Source: an uncultured Planctomycetales bacterium (lineage in GTDB: Bacteria > Omnitrophota > Gorgyraeia > Zapsychrales > JBDRMG01). From it: DNA of 64,000 nt. How positions within the stretch are numbered: position 1 is the first letter of the stretch; each line of letters starts with the position of its first letter. A program made the translations under genes and the position numbers. The DNA is taken from assembly GCA_964478715.1 (NCBI GenBank), contig CAYZIY010000010.1:2250-66249 (forward strand), written 5' to 3'. Positions 37,255-51,741 of the stretch are shown here, in pieces. Below the pieces are notes generated by a model, which was not told the DNA's origin, made no database searches, and worked only from the letters and a program-made list of their open reading frames with translations.

Positions 37255-38684
37255 GGATTTTTCTTCGATAAAAAGTAATGACAGAAAGACCTTAATCCGT
37301 AAATTTTGCGCAGTAAATCTCCCCTGTCTCTAATAGATGTCAACATCCTCAGGATTTGGCCGGGTCTTAAGTAAAACTCCTTCAAGCCGATATCGATCCA
37401 TTGATCTATTTCTTGACGGGAAAGCTGGGGATAATTTAATAGCGTTTGCTGTTCGCGCTCTGGCGAAAGCCATTCTCGCCAATTTCCCGGAATCAGCCAA
37501 CCATTTTTTTTGGCCTGCCGATACATCTCGGTTCCCGGATAAGTCGCAATGCCGGTAAATTGAACCGTATCCAGAGGTAGTTTTTTGGCAAAATCAACCG
37601 TGGCCCTGGCGCTCTCTTGGGTCTCTCCGGGAGCTCCAATCATAAAACAACCATGGATAACAAAGCCAAGATCATGAGCCCGCTGAGCAAATTTTCTTGA
37701 GATATCGATACTGACGCCGCCTTTTTTTACCGACTTTAAGGCTTCATCGGTGCCGAATTCAAAGCCAACCATGAGCATACGGCAACCGGCTTTCTTCATT
37801 AAAGGGAGAATATCCAAATCAATATTGACCCGCGCATTACAGGACCAGCAAATCTTTTGATGAATATTTCTCTTTAATATTTCATGACAAATATCGATAG
37901 CGTGGTCGCTGTCGGCGGCAAAAGTATCGGTTTCAAACATAATTTCTCTGATGGAGGGATGGACGTTTAGATCGTACTCCATTTCATCAACAACGAGTTT
38001 TGCATCTCGATTTCTTAGTTTTCGACCGTACATAATTTGAGGATCACGGCAAAAAGTGCAGGCATTGTTACAGCCTCTTGCCGTCAAAAGCGTCAAGAAA
38101 GGATATTTTTTCCCCGCGTCCGGATACCACTTAGGATCAATTAAATGCCAGGCGGGAAAAGGAAGCGAGTTGATATCCAGAGACGGCCGGTCTTTATTGC
38201 GTATAATCTTCTGGTTGTCTTTAAAGCAAAGTCCGGGTATGTCTTTAGGGGCTAACCCATTGGCTAAATCCAGAAGCGTTAAATCATATTCGCCGATAGC
38301 AATATAATCAATTCTATCTTTTGCTAACCTAAAGGTGTCTTCATATTCTGCTGAAACATGCTGACCGATAAAAACGATTCGGCAAGATACAACATCTTTG
38401 ATTTTGCCAGCCAAATCGAGATCCTCATAAATGGAGGGGGTCGTAGCGTAAATGATCACTAGATCAGGACCGCTTTGCTTGATTTTCTCTACAGTTTCTT
38501 CCGTCATCAAATTCAAAGCGGCGGCATCGCAGAATTGCACATCATGTTTGTTGTTCAGTAAAATTTGGGTCGCAATAAGAAGATAATCCGGATGGCGTTG
38601 GACCCGCCCTCTTGATTTGGCAGCCCACCGAGCGGATCGAACAAAATTCTCACCAAATGAGGGGTTAAGGACAAATATTTTCAT
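37251..38684 (-). CDS. B12-binding-domain radical SAM protein (class B rSAM), substrate unknown
   Basis: ATG 38684 preceded by GCAGGAG. N-terminal cobalamin-binding-like Rossmann region. TARGCNNACTFC CxxxCxxC. The ORF track start 38768 adds 28 residues without SD. Confidence 0.7.
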   Translation of the reverse strand: MKIFVLNPSFGENFVRSARWAAKSRGRVQRHPDYLLIATQILLNNKHDVQFCDAAALNLMTEETVEKIKQSGPDLVIIYATTPSIYEDLDLAGKIKDVVSCRIVFIGQHVSAEYEDTFRLAKDRIDYIAIGEYDLTLLDLANGLAPKDIPGLCFKDNQKIIRNKDRPSLDINSLPFPAWHLIDPKWYPDAGKKYPFLTLLTARGCNNACTFCRDPQIMYGRKLRNRDAKLVVDEMEYDLNVHPSIREIMFETDTFAADSDHAIDICHEILKRNIHQKICWSCNARVNIDLDILPLMKKAGCRMLMVGFEFGTDEALKSVKKGGVSIDISRKFAQRAHDLGFVIHGCFMIGAPGETQESARATVDFAKKLPLDTVQFTGIATYPGTEMYRQAKKNGWLIPGNWREWLSPEREQQTLLNYPQLSRQEIDQWIDIGLKEFYLRPGQILRMLTSIRDRGDLLRKIYGLRSFCHYFLSKKNP

Positions 38685-38759
38685 GCAGAATCTCCTGCAT
38701 CCAATCTTAGCGGAATTTATTCCAAATTCAAGGGATATTCCACAATCCTCAGGCGCATA

Positions 38760-38788
38760 TTGACGCAATGCTCTCCTTCGCCTATAAT
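38760..38788 (+). promoter_or_regulatory. near-consensus sigma70 promoter TTGACG-17-TATAAT for acnA
   Basis: TTGACG 38760-38765, 17-nt spacer, TATAAT 38783-38788. SD AAGGGGG directly before ATG 38808. Confidence 0.55.
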
Positions 38789-38807
38789 GGGCAAATACTA
38801 AAGGGGG

Positions 38808-41516
38808 ATGAACATGCTGAAATCTTACAGCTCGTCACAGATCATTGAGGATTTAAAGACAAGTGACGGCACGTTTACTCTTTATAGCCTGCCTAAGCTG
38901 GCAAAATCCGGTTGGAAGGATATCAATCGCCTGCCATATTCTATTCGTGTTCTGCTTGAAAATGCTTTGAGGAATTGCGATGGGCAAAAAGTAACGGTTA
39001 CCGATATCGAACGCATTGCCGGTTGGTCTCCAAAGTCAAAGGCACTCAAAGAAATTGCCTATAAACCGGCCCGCGTTCTTCTTCAGGATTTCACTGGAGT
39101 TCCCTGCATTGTCGATCTGGCCGCGATGCGAGATTGCATGAGAGAAATCAACGGAGACTTTCAAAAAATTAATCCTCAGATTCCATGCGATTTGATCATC
39201 GATCATTCTGTCAGTGTGGATTGCTACGGCCAGAGGACAGCTTTCAGGAAAAATCTTGAACTCGATTTTAAGCGTAACAAAGAACGCTATCGTTTTTTGA
39301 AATGGGCCCAAGACTCTTTTGAACATTTTCGCGTCATTCCCCCGGCAACGGGAATCATCCATCAAATTAATTTAGAATACTTGGCCCAAGGGGTTATGAC
39401 ATCTCAAAAAGATGAAAAAATTATCGCCTATCCTGACACTCTGATTGGAACAGACAGTCACACGACCATGATTAACGGGTTGGGTATTCTCGGTTGGGGG
39501 GTCGGAGGCATTGAAGCCGAAGCTGTTATGCTGGGAGAGCCGATCAATATGCTTCTTCCGGAGGTTGTCGGCTTCAGGCTCACGGGAGCTCTGCGCAAAA
39601 ATATTACGGCCACCGATTGTGTTTTAACGATTGTTGACATTCTACGCAAGCAGGGAGTTGTGGGCAAATTTGTGGAATTTTTTGGACCCGGTCTTCGATC
39701 ATTGAGTTTAGCGGATAGGGCCACCATATCGAATATGGCCCCTGAATATGGCGCTACTTTAGGATTTTTTCCGATAGATGAAGAAACCCTCCATTATTAT
39801 CGCATGACAGGCCGATCGCCACAACAGATCGAACTCATTGAGCGATATATGAAACAACAGGAGCTTTTTTATCAACCCAAGCACAATAATATTTCTTATT
39901 CACAGATTATTGATTTCGATTTAGAAAGTGTCGATATCTCTCTTGCCGGACCAAAACGACCTCAGGACCGCATCCCCGTATCAGATATGGATAGTTCTTT
40001 TAAAAAATCTCTGTTGTCGACTGATTCCAAAGAGGGTTTTGGGTTGAGTCAAAATGATATCGAAAAAAGTATCCCTATCGACAAAAAGGGAAAGGAGCGC
40101 CTCACCCACGGCATGGTCGTTCTTGCCTCTATCACCAGCTGTACCAATACATCTAATCCTGAATTACTTATCGGGGCCGCATTATTGGCGAAAAAAGCTA
40201 TCGAGAAAGGACTCAAAGTTAAAAAATACATTAAGACATCGCTTGCGCCAGGTTCGGGAGTTGCCACCGAATACTTAAAGAAGGCCCGCCTGATGACATA
40301 TCTTGAGCAGCTGGGATTCCACCTGGCCGGATACGGATGCATGACCTGCATTGGTAATAGCGGACCGCTTCCTCCTGAAGTTCAAAAAGCTATTGAAAAA
40401 GGAAATCTTGTGGCGGCAAGTGTGATAAGCGGAAATAGAAACTTTGAAGGACGTATTTCGCCTTTTATTAAAGCTAATTATTTAGCGAGTCCGATTTTAG
40501 TGATTGCTTATGCTTTAGCCGGAACAGTCCAAATCGATTTATTGCGTGATCCGATTGGAAATAATTCAAAGGGAGAGGCGGTTTACTTAAAGGATATTTG
40601 GCCCCAGCAAAAAGACATCAAAAAGGTGCTAAAAAATTCTCTTTCTCCTGTGATGTTCAAAAGTCGCTACAAGAAAGCGTTAAAAGGGACACGTCACTGG
40701 AACAAAATTAAATCGGATTCGCAAGATCTCTATCGATGGGATCAAAAAAGTACATATATTCAAAAACCCCCGTTTTTTGAAAGTTTTTCCAAAGAAATCA
40801 ATCCGATCCAAGAGATTCAAGATGCTCATGCGCTTTTGATTTTAGGAGATTCGATTACCACAGATCATATTTCTCCGGCCGGCCCGATTTCTATGGACAG
40901 TCCGGCCGGCCGGTATCTTTTGGACCATCATGTCAAATATACCGATTTCAATACCTATGGTTCTCGACGAGGTAATGACCGGATTATGACCCGCGGTACA
41001 TTCGCTAATATTCGTTTACGTAATCAATTAACGCCGGAGAAAGAAGGGTCCTGGACCAAATGCTTTGTCAATAATCGGGAAATGAGCGTTTTTGATGCAG
41101 CCGAATTGTATAGAAAAAACAATATTCCCTTAATTGTTATAGCGGGAAAAGATTATGGATGCGGATCATCCCGCGATTGGGCGGCTAAGGGGACTGCTCT
41201 TTTGGGAGTAAAAGCTGTTCTTGCGCAGAGTTTTGAAAGAATTCACCGGAGCAATCTGATCGGAATGGGCGTTCTTCCGGTTCAATTTAAGAATAATGAC
41301 AGCGTTGATTCATTATCGATCCGCGGAGATGAACGCTTCAGCTTTCAGGGACTTCATGATAAAATGAAACCCGGCTCTTGGTTGACAATTAAGGTTGAGT
41401 CAGAAAGCGGTCGCAAAAGAGAATTTGAAGTTATCTGTCGACTGGACACGAAAGGCGAAATTGAGTATTACCGCAATAAAGGAATTTTGCAGACTGTAAT
41501 TCGCAAAATGCTGTAG
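38808..41516 (+). CDS. acnA: aconitate hydratase A
   Basis: 902 aa. Motifs [44 protein letters not shown]. Confidence 0.9.
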   Translation: MNMLKSYSSSQIIEDLKTSDGTFTLYSLPKLAKSGWKDINRLPYSIRVLLENALRNCDGQKVTVTDIERIAGWSPKSKALKEIAYKPARVLLQDFTGVPCIVDLAAMRDCMREINGDFQKINPQIPCDLIIDHSVSVDCYGQRTAFRKNLELDFKRNKERYRFLKWAQDSFEHFRVIPPATGIIHQINLEYLAQGVMTSQKDEKIIAYPDTLIGTDSHTTMINGLGILGWGVGGIEAEAVMLGEPINMLLPEVVGFRLTGALRKNITATDCVLTIVDILRKQGVVGKFVEFFGPGLRSLSLADRATISNMAPEYGATLGFFPIDEETLHYYRMTGRSPQQIELIERYMKQQELFYQPKHNNISYSQIIDFDLESVDISLAGPKRPQDRIPVSDMDSSFKKSLLSTDSKEGFGLSQNDIEKSIPIDKKGKERLTHGMVVLASITSCTNTSNPELLIGAALLAKKAIEKGLKVKKYIKTSLAPGSGVATEYLKKARLMTYLEQLGFHLAGYGCMTCIGNSGPLPPEVQKAIEKGNLVAASVISGNRNFEGRISPFIKANYLASPILVIAYALAGTVQIDLLRDPIGNNSKGEAVYLKDIWPQQKDIKKVLKNSLSPVMFKSRYKKALKGTRHWNKIKSDSQDLYRWDQKSTYIQKPPFFESFSKEINPIQEIQDAHALLILGDSITTDHISPAGPISMDSPAGRYLLDHHVKYTDFNTYGSRRGNDRIMTRGTFANIRLRNQLTPEKEGSWTKCFVNNREMSVFDAAELYRKNNIPLIVIAGKDYGCGSSRDWAAKGTALLGVKAVLAQSFERIHRSNLIGMGVLPVQFKNNDSVDSLSIRGDERFSFQGLHDKMKPGSWLTIKVESESGRKREFEVICRLDTKGEIEYYRNKGILQTVIRKML

Positions 41517-41520
41517 TCTT

Positions 41521-42921
41521 ATGGGACAAACTCTTTACGAAAAAATATGGAATCAGCATGTTGTTTATGAGGATCCACAGGCAACAACCATTCTTTATAT
41601 CGACCGGCACTTCATGCATGAAGTGACAAGTCCTCAGGCTTTTGAAGGATTACGGCTTAATTACAGAAAAGTTCGTTCCCCTAAACAGACATTTGCAACG
41701 ATGGATCACAATGTCCCCACCAAGGCCAAAGATCTGAACTTAGCCAGCGATATTTCCCGTCTGCAGATGCAAACCCTAGAAAAAAACTGTAAACAATTCG
41801 GTGTCAACCTTTACGATTTCTGCGATCCTAATCAGGGAGTGATTCATGTGATTGGACCTCAACTGGGTTTGACTCAACCGGGGATGACAATTGTTTGCGG
41901 GGATTCTCATACGGCTACCCACGGGGCGTTTGGTGCGCTGGCTTTTGGCATCGGAACATCCGAGGTTGAACATGTTCTAGCGACTCAAACACTGCAGCAG
42001 AATAAATCCAAAACCATGCTGATTGAAGTTGAGGGTGCACTTCAAAAAGGAGTAACAGCCAAAGATATTATCCTCTACATTATCGGACAGATCGGAACCG
42101 ATGGAGCGACAGGTTATATCATCGAATATGCCGGAGACGCGATCAAGGCCCTGAGCATCGAAGGCCGAATGACTGTCTGCAATATGAGCATTGAGGCCGG
42201 TGCCCGGGCTGGGATGATCAGCGCAGATGAAAAAACTTTCGAATATCTTAAAGGCAAAGCGTATGCGCCTGACCAACATCAGTGGGAGAAAGCCGTTAAG
42301 CGGTGGAAAACTTTTCATAGCGACCCTGGGGCCGTTTTTGATCAAAAATGGCGATTTAAAGCCGAAGATATCTTGCCGCAAGTTACCTGGGGGACAAGTC
42401 CAGGACAAGTCATTTCAATCGAAGAAAAAGTACCAGATCCATTACGTATTCAAAATGAAACAAAAAAAGAAGCCGGCTTAAAGGCCCTCAGATATATGGA
42501 TTTAAAACCAGGTATGGATCCGAAAGAAATAAAAATCGATGCTGTTTTTATTGGGTCTTGTACAAATGGGCGGATAGAAGATTTGAAAGAGGCCGCTCAG
42601 ATTCTTAAGGGAAGAAAAATTAACGATCACATTCGCTGTCTTATTGTCCCGGGATCCGAACTGGTGAAGAAGCAGGCAGAAGACGAAGGACTGGATCAAA
42701 TTTTCATTGAGGCGGGTTGTCAATGGCGATACTCGGGTTGCTCTATGTGTCTGGCAATGAATGATGATTACCTTAAGCCCGGTGAACGTTGCGCATCCAC
42801 ATCGAACCGCAACTTTGAAGGACGGCAAGGACGTAAGAGCCGTACGCATTTGGTCAGTCCGATGATGGCGGCCGCTGCTGCCATCGAAGGCCATCTAACT
42901 GACGGAAGGAAATATCTCTGA
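41521..42921 (+). CDS. leuC: 3-isopropylmalate dehydratase large subunit
   Basis: [42 protein letters not shown]. Confidence 0.85.
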   Translation: MGQTLYEKIWNQHVVYEDPQATTILYIDRHFMHEVTSPQAFEGLRLNYRKVRSPKQTFATMDHNVPTKAKDLNLASDISRLQMQTLEKNCKQFGVNLYDFCDPNQGVIHVIGPQLGLTQPGMTIVCGDSHTATHGAFGALAFGIGTSEVEHVLATQTLQQNKSKTMLIEVEGALQKGVTAKDIILYIIGQIGTDGATGYIIEYAGDAIKALSIEGRMTVCNMSIEAGARAGMISADEKTFEYLKGKAYAPDQHQWEKAVKRWKTFHSDPGAVFDQKWRFKAEDILPQVTWGTSPGQVISIEEKVPDPLRIQNETKKEAGLKALRYMDLKPGMDPKEIKIDAVFIGSCTNGRIEDLKEAAQILKGRKINDHIRCLIVPGSELVKKQAEDEGLDQIFIEAGCQWRYSGCSMCLAMNDDYLKPGERCASTSNRNFEGRQGRKSRTHLVSPMMAAAAAIEGHLTDGRKYL

Positions 42922-43538
42922 TGAAGCCGTTTCATCAACATACAGGCATCGTGGCCCCGATCGATCGTTCAAATATCGATACGGATGCAATCATCCCCAA
43001 GCAATTTCTGCGTCGGATCGAACGGAAAGGTTTCGGCCGATATCTCTTCTTTGACTGGCGATATATTGACGGCGATGAAGATCAAAAGAATCCGGAATTT
43101 ATTCTTAATCAGTCAGGCTACGAAAAAGCGACCATTCTTCTTGCTCGGGATAATTTTGGCTGTGGATCTTCCAGGGAACATGCGCCATGGGCTCTGATGG
43201 ATTATGGATTTAGAGCCATTATTGCGCCCAGTTTTGCTGATATATTTTACAATAATTGTATTCGAAATGGACTTTTACCGGTTATCCTTTCGCGAAAAGA
43301 GGTCAATGCTCTGTTTCTTGAAGTCAATAATCAGCCATTAGCTAAAATTACGATCGATTTAAAAAATCAAAAAGTTATCAGCCCGGCAAAGGAAAGCTTT
43401 TCTTTTGATATTCAGCCCTTTGCCAAAGAATGCTTAATCAAAGGCTTGGATGCCATTGGCTGGACTCTTCAGTTTCAAAGCAAGATCAGGGACTTTGAAA
43501 AAAATCACCAGCATCAAATGCCATGGCTTTTTTCTTGA
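42921..43538 (+). CDS. leuD: 3-isopropylmalate dehydratase small subunit
   Basis: GIVAPIDRSNIDTDAIIPKQFL, DNFGCGSSREHAPWAL. ATGA overlap with leuC. Confidence 0.85.
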   Translation: MKPFHQHTGIVAPIDRSNIDTDAIIPKQFLRRIERKGFGRYLFFDWRYIDGDEDQKNPEFILNQSGYEKATILLARDNFGCGSSREHAPWALMDYGFRAIIAPSFADIFYNNCIRNGLLPVILSRKEVNALFLEVNNQPLAKITIDLKNQKVISPAKESFSFDIQPFAKECLIKGLDAIGWTLQFQSKIRDFEKNHQHQMPWLFS

Positions 43539-43584
43539 AAAATTCTTCTAAACTTATTCAACTCTATGGTAATATAAAATAACT

Positions 43585-44649
43585 ATGGCTGGAAATTCCT
43601 TTGGAACCTTGTTTCGTGTGACAACATTTGGAGAAAGTCATGGTGAAGCCGTTGGCGCTGTTATTGACGGGGTTCCTTCCCGTTTAAAACTTTCCATACA
43701 AGATATTCAAAAGCAGCTTAACAGGCGACGACCCGGACAAAATCGTGTTGCTACGCCACGGAAAGAGCCTGATCAGGTGAATATATTATCCGGTTTGTTC
43801 GAGGGGAAAACAACCGGAGCACCGATCGCTTTGGTTATCCGCAACACAAACGCAAATCCCAAGGACTACACGAATCTAAAGGACTTGTATCGTCCGGGTC
43901 ACGCCGATCATACGTTTGATCAGAAATTTGGTATTCGCGACTGGCGGGGTTCGGGACGCGCTTCCGGACGCGAAACCGCCGCTCGTGTTGCCGCCGGCGC
44001 TGTCGCGTTAAAATATTTGAAAAGTAAGGCTATCACTGTGCAAGCCTACACAAAGTCGATCGCATCCATTGAAGCAAAAAAAATCGATCTCAGTCAGATT
44101 GAAAAAAATATCGTACGCTGCCCCGACTCTCAACAAGCCAAAAAAATGATTCAAGCGATCGAAAAAGCCAAGGCCCGTAAAGATTCATTGGGGGGTGTTG
44201 TCGAGGCAATTGTTCATGGCTGTCCGTCTGGATTAGGGGATCCCGTTTTTGATAAACTGGATGCCCGCCTGGCTCAGGCCATCATGTCGATTGGAGCAGT
44301 CAAAGCCTTTGAAATCGGTGACGGTTTCTCAATTACAAAATTATACGGGTCGCAAGCCAATGACAGTTTAATCAAAAGAGGAAAGAAGATCCGCAGTGCT
44401 ACGAATCACGCTGGAGGAATAGTCGGCGGCATTTCCACCGGAGATGATATTGTCCTTCGAGCGGCCATTAAACCCACTTCTTCTATCGGACAAAAACAAA
44501 AGACAATCAACGTCAAAGGAAAGGCGAAAAATGTAGCGATAGAAGGTCGTCACGATCCCTGCATTTGTCCGCGCGCTGTTGTTGTCGTAGAGGCCATGAT
44601 CGCCCTGGTCTTGGCCGATTGTATGTTGATTCAAAAATCAATCCGTTGA
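43585..44649 (+). CDS. aroC: chorismate synthase
   Basis: GNSFGTLFRVTTFGESHG, RRPGQ, GRSSARETA-like GRASGRETAARVAAG, GGISTGD. Confidence 0.9.
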   Translation: MAGNSFGTLFRVTTFGESHGEAVGAVIDGVPSRLKLSIQDIQKQLNRRRPGQNRVATPRKEPDQVNILSGLFEGKTTGAPIALVIRNTNANPKDYTNLKDLYRPGHADHTFDQKFGIRDWRGSGRASGRETAARVAAGAVALKYLKSKAITVQAYTKSIASIEAKKIDLSQIEKNIVRCPDSQQAKKMIQAIEKAKARKDSLGGVVEAIVHGCPSGLGDPVFDKLDARLAQAIMSIGAVKAFEIGDGFSITKLYGSQANDSLIKRGKKIRSATNHAGGIVGGISTGDDIVLRAAIKPTSSIGQKQKTINVKGKAKNVAIEGRHDPCICPRAVVVVEAMIALVLADCMLIQKSIR

Positions 44650-44660
44650 TCAACCAGTCC

Positions 44661-45551
44661 ATGAAATCACCTGAGAAAATTATATTGATAACAGGCTGCT
44701 CCAGCGGTTTCGGATTAAGCTCTGCCGTCTATTTGGCTAAAAAGAATCACATTGTCTATGCGACAATGAGAAATTTAAATAAAAAGGATTCTTTGTTAAA
44801 TGAAGCGTCCGCTCAACAAGTTGATTTAAAACTTAGAGCGCTGGATGTAACCCAGACAGAATCCATCCAAGCGGTTGTTAAAGAGATCGAAGAGGAGCAC
44901 GGGGGTCTGGATGTACTTGTCAACAATGCCGGATTTGGAATGGGCGGATATTTCGAAGACTTAAGTGATGAGGATATCCACTTGCAAATGGAGACGAATT
45001 TCTTCGGCGTTTGCAATGTGACTCGATACGCTATTCCTTTAATGCGAAAGAAAAAATCAGCAACGATTATCAATATTTCCAGCATATCGGGGTTAACGGC
45101 CAGCCCCTGTTTTAGCGCTTATAATGCCAGCAAATGGGCTTTGGAGGGATTTACCGAAAGTCTTTATTTTGAACTTAAAGAGTTTGGTATTCGTGTGTCT
45201 TTGATCGAACCGGGTATTTATAAAACCAGAATCTTCTACGAAAACGCACGCCGGGCCCAACATTTTTCTGATCCCCATAGCCCCTATTATGAAAAATCGC
45301 GATATTTAAAGCAAAAGATCACCGAGATGACCGACGCTTGCCGGAAAGATGTTAAAGATATCGCCTGCTTGATTGAGCGTATTATCAATCATCCCCATCC
45401 GCCGTTACGTAATATTCCTGATTTTCGGAGCAAGGTGAGATATTTTTTAAGAAAGATTTTTCCCTTATCGCTTAATCTTTACCTGGTTCCGAAAGTGATT
45501 TTTGCCGATTTCAATTCAAGCGAGAAAAAGAAAAGGAAGGGAAAGGCCTAA
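44661..45551 (+). CDS. SDR-family oxidoreductase
   Basis: Internal ATG 44661 chosen; the ORF track start 44565 lies inside aroC. ITGCSSGFGLS, NNAG, YNASKWAL. Confidence 0.75.
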   Translation: MKSPEKIILITGCSSGFGLSSAVYLAKKNHIVYATMRNLNKKDSLLNEASAQQVDLKLRALDVTQTESIQAVVKEIEEEHGGLDVLVNNAGFGMGGYFEDLSDEDIHLQMETNFFGVCNVTRYAIPLMRKKKSATIINISSISGLTASPCFSAYNASKWALEGFTESLYFELKEFGIRVSLIEPGIYKTRIFYENARRAQHFSDPHSPYYEKSRYLKQKITEMTDACRKDVKDIACLIERIINHPHPPLRNIPDFRSKVRYFLRKIFPLSLNLYLVPKVIFADFNSSEKKKRKGKA

Positions 45552-45857
45552 AATGAAAAAACACTGGCAGCTCTTATGCTCGGAATGGCTTTTATTGCTT
45601 TTTTGGCAAGCTCGGTGTGTCAAGCGCAAAACTACCAGTTAAATATATCATCCTTCACTTCTTTCACTTTGTCACCTGGAAAGCAAAGAATCCCGATATT
45701 TGCCAGCGCGTAACAAGCGAACAACAAAAAGATTTCTGTTTCGCGCGCGTTACTTTTGAAACTTGCGAATGCAATTTATGCAGAAAGATCTCTGAATCCC
45801 ATCGTGACAATATATGCGTTGAGGAAATCGAAAAGCATAAGAAATGCGAATTCCCCT

Positions 45858-46499
45858 CTACATTCTCTCATTGATAAATTCTTCAAGACCTTTGCAAGTC
45901 AAATAATGATTGGTCTTTTTTTGATTGCCGAGCGTATCCGAAGATTTCCCTCCATAACTGTGGCCTGGATAGATGATTGTCTCATCAGGAAGTTGACTGA
46001 TTGTTTCATAGAGAGAATAATACATTTCTTGTGCGTTGCCTCCGGGTAAGTCACAGCGTCCGCAGCCATTGATAAAAAGAGTGTCACCCGTTAACAGAAT
46101 ATTTTCAACATAAAAACAAAGACCACCCGGTGAATGACCGGGGGTATGCAGGCATCGAATTTCAATATTTCCGATCGTGATGATTTGATTATGGCGGACT
46201 TTGTTAATATCTTTATGAATGCGATAGACACTGTTCTCTGACTCATGAGCATAAATAGCAATGCCGTGATTCTTTAAGATTTCTTCCACTCCGTCTGTGT
46301 GGTCATAATGGCCATGGGTCAGAAAAATGGCAACGGGTTTTAGATCTTCTTCCTGAATAACTCCCAGAATCTTATCGATATCCCAGGCCGGGTCAACGAT
46401 GGCCACTTCTTGTGATTGCGCATCCCCTAACAGATAGCAATAATTCTGCATCGGGCCGACCTCAATCTGTTTCAGGAAGATTTCGACTGCTTTTGACAT
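45858..46499 (-). CDS. MBL-fold metallo-hydrolase (glyoxalase II-like)
   Basis: LTHGHYDHTDG HxHxDH motif, HTPGHSPGG. Confidence 0.75.
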   Translation of the reverse strand: MSKAVEIFLKQIEVGPMQNYCYLLGDAQSQEVAIVDPAWDIDKILGVIQEEDLKPVAIFLTHGHYDHTDGVEEILKNHGIAIYAHESENSVYRIHKDINKVRHNQIITIGNIEIRCLHTPGHSPGGLCFYVENILLTGDTLFINGCGRCDLPGGNAQEMYYSLYETISQLPDETIIYPGHSYGGKSSDTLGNQKKTNHYLTCKGLEEFINERM

Positions 46500-46592
46500 A
46501 ATATTCCTCTCTGTTATAATATGTGTTATAATTTTTGATTATTATAAGGTGTAAAATCACGAATCTCAACAGTTATTAAGATTGACGAAGAA

Positions 46593-49900
<3,308 letters not shown>

Positions 49901-49921
49901 CAATATTGAATTCTCAAGGAG

Positions 49922-50860
49922 ATGATGCATATGGAAAATGTTGTGATTATCGGTTCGGGACCTGCCGCTCATACGGCCGCTATTTATGCAGCCAGGTCAA
50001 AGATTAATCCACTTTTGTACGAAGGTTTTATGGCGGCCGGTATTCCCGCGGGAGGTCAATTAACGACAACCAGTCACATCGAAAATTTTCCGGGATTTCC
50101 CGAAGGAATTAGCGGTCAGGATTTGATGATGAGGATGCGTCAGCAATCTATAAATTCCGGAACAAGAATTGAGACAAAGACGGTTGATAAAGTTGATTTA
50201 AAAAGGCGTCCCTTTAAAATTTATGTGGATAATGAAGTCATCGAAAGCAAAACGATGATTATTGCTACCGGGGCCACAGCTAAACGATTAGGTCTGGAAA
50301 ATGAAGAAAAATTTTGGCAAAAGGGAATTTCGGCCTGTGCAGTCTGCGACGGAGCCCTGCCGATGTTTCGTGATCAAGTTCTCTGCGTCATCGGCGGAGG
50401 AGACACCGCGGCCGAAGAAGCCCTGTATTTAACCAAATATGCCAGTCTGGTCAAGGTTATACATCGTCGAGACCAGCTTAGGGCTTCAAAGATTCTGCAA
50501 GACAGGCTGTTGAAAAGTGAAAAAATCGAGATTGTCTGGAATTCGATAGCCACAGAAGCAATCGGTGATAAAACGTTAGAAGCTATCCGCGTAAAAAATA
50601 TCAAGACCAGCGAAAAATCGGTTCTTGCAGCCAAGGGATTATTTTATGCGATCGGCCATAAACCCAATACATATTTTCTTGGAAATCAGGTCGAGTTAAC
50701 ACAAACAGGTTATATTGTGACGAATCCAGGAACGACGAAAACAAGCGTGGAAGGAGTTTTTGCATGCGGTGATGTGCAGGATGCGGTCTATCGCCAAGCT
50801 GTCACCGCGGCCGGATCTGGTTGCAAAGCTGCTATCGAGACGGAGAGATTCTTGTGTTGA
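49922..50860 (+). CDS. trxB: thioredoxin-disulfide reductase
   Basis: GSGPAAHTAAIYAAR, ACAVCDGA redox-active disulfide, GGGDTAAEEA. Confidence 0.9.
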   Translation: MMHMENVVIIGSGPAAHTAAIYAARSKINPLLYEGFMAAGIPAGGQLTTTSHIENFPGFPEGISGQDLMMRMRQQSINSGTRIETKTVDKVDLKRRPFKIYVDNEVIESKTMIIATGATAKRLGLENEEKFWQKGISACAVCDGALPMFRDQVLCVIGGGDTAAEEALYLTKYASLVKVIHRRDQLRASKILQDRLLKSEKIEIVWNSIATEAIGDKTLEAIRVKNIKTSEKSVLAAKGLFYAIGHKPNTYFLGNQVELTQTGYIVTNPGTTKTSVEGVFACGDVQDAVYRQAVTAAGSGCKAAIETERFLC

Positions 50861-50883
50861 TAAAGAACTTTCGTAAATGGTTT

Positions 50884-51741
50884 ATGGCTATTAGACCGAT
50901 TTCTCTTTGGACTTCGGCCGTTCCCATCCTCATTGGAATCGCCATGGCTTTTGGTGATGGCATTCATCATGTCTTTTCAGCAGTTATGGCGCTTATCGGC
51001 GGACTTTTGATCCATATTATCTGCAATCTTACGAATGACTATGGTGATTTTCAAAAAGGAGCCGATCGCCTAGGGGATTCAGATACAATGCGACAAAATC
51101 CTATCGGCACAATTTCCCAAAAAGAACTTTTTTCGGCGATCATTGTGACTGGCGTATTAGCGATTTTTCCGTGTGTCTATTTGGTTCAAAGGGGCGGCTG
51201 GCCCATCGCCGTTATTGCCATCTCATCACTGGCTGCTGCCGTTTTTTATACGATCGGCAAGCGTCCTCTGGGTTATAGGGGACTGGGAGATATCCTGGTT
51301 CTTGTTTTTATGGGTCCGGTGGCCAGTGCGGGAACGTATTATGTGCAAACTTTTGAGATCAATGCCGCGGTTGTTTTGGCTGGCTTAGGTCCCGGGCTGC
51401 TGACACTGGGAGTTTTGACTGTCAATAATATTCGGGATATCGAATCGGACCGGCAGGCTCAGAAAATGACTTTGGTAGTACGTTTTGGAAGAAAATTCGG
51501 TGAATGGGAATATTTTTTTGTTGTTCACACTGCCTGCCTTATGCCGCTTTTGATCTTTTTGATCACTCGGGATTACAAACTTTCGTTAGCAGCTGTTCTG
51601 ACGATATATTTTGCTTATAGCCCCATTAAAGCAGTTTTTGCAAAAGATGATCCGGCCTCATTGAATCAGGCTATCGGCCAGACCCTGCAGTTATTACAAA
51701 TCTATCTGATTTTGTTCTCGCTGGGATGGATTCTTTCATGA
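50884..51741 (+). CDS. menA: UbiA-family prenyltransferase, 1,4-dihydroxy-2-naphthoate polyprenyltransferase-like
   Basis: NDYGDFQKGAD and NNIRDIESD Asp-rich motifs, 8-9 TM helices. Start uncertain: homology may extend to TTG 50857. Confidence 0.55.
   Translation: MAIRPISLWTSAVPILIGIAMAFGDGIHHVFSAVMALIGGLLIHIICNLTNDYGDFQKGADRLGDSDTMRQNPIGTISQKELFSAIIVTGVLAIFPCVYLVQRGGWPIAVIAISSLAAAVFYTIGKRPLGYRGLGDILVLVFMGPVASAGTYYVQTFEINAAVVLAGLGPGLLTLGVLTVNNIRDIESDRQAQKMTLVVRFGRKFGEWEYFFVVHTACLMPLLIFLITRDYKLSLAAVLTIYFAYSPIKAVFAKDDPASLNQAIGQTLQLLQIYLILFSLGWILS

Noticed and set aside
41977-42894. Two minus-strand ORFs (143 and 130 aa) inside leuC
   Set aside because: Antisense to leuC, which has unambiguous motifs; typical shadow ORFs.
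45756-46049. 97-aa plus-strand ORF
   Set aside because: Overlaps the MBL-fold hydrolase gene on the opposite strand; no SD or motif.
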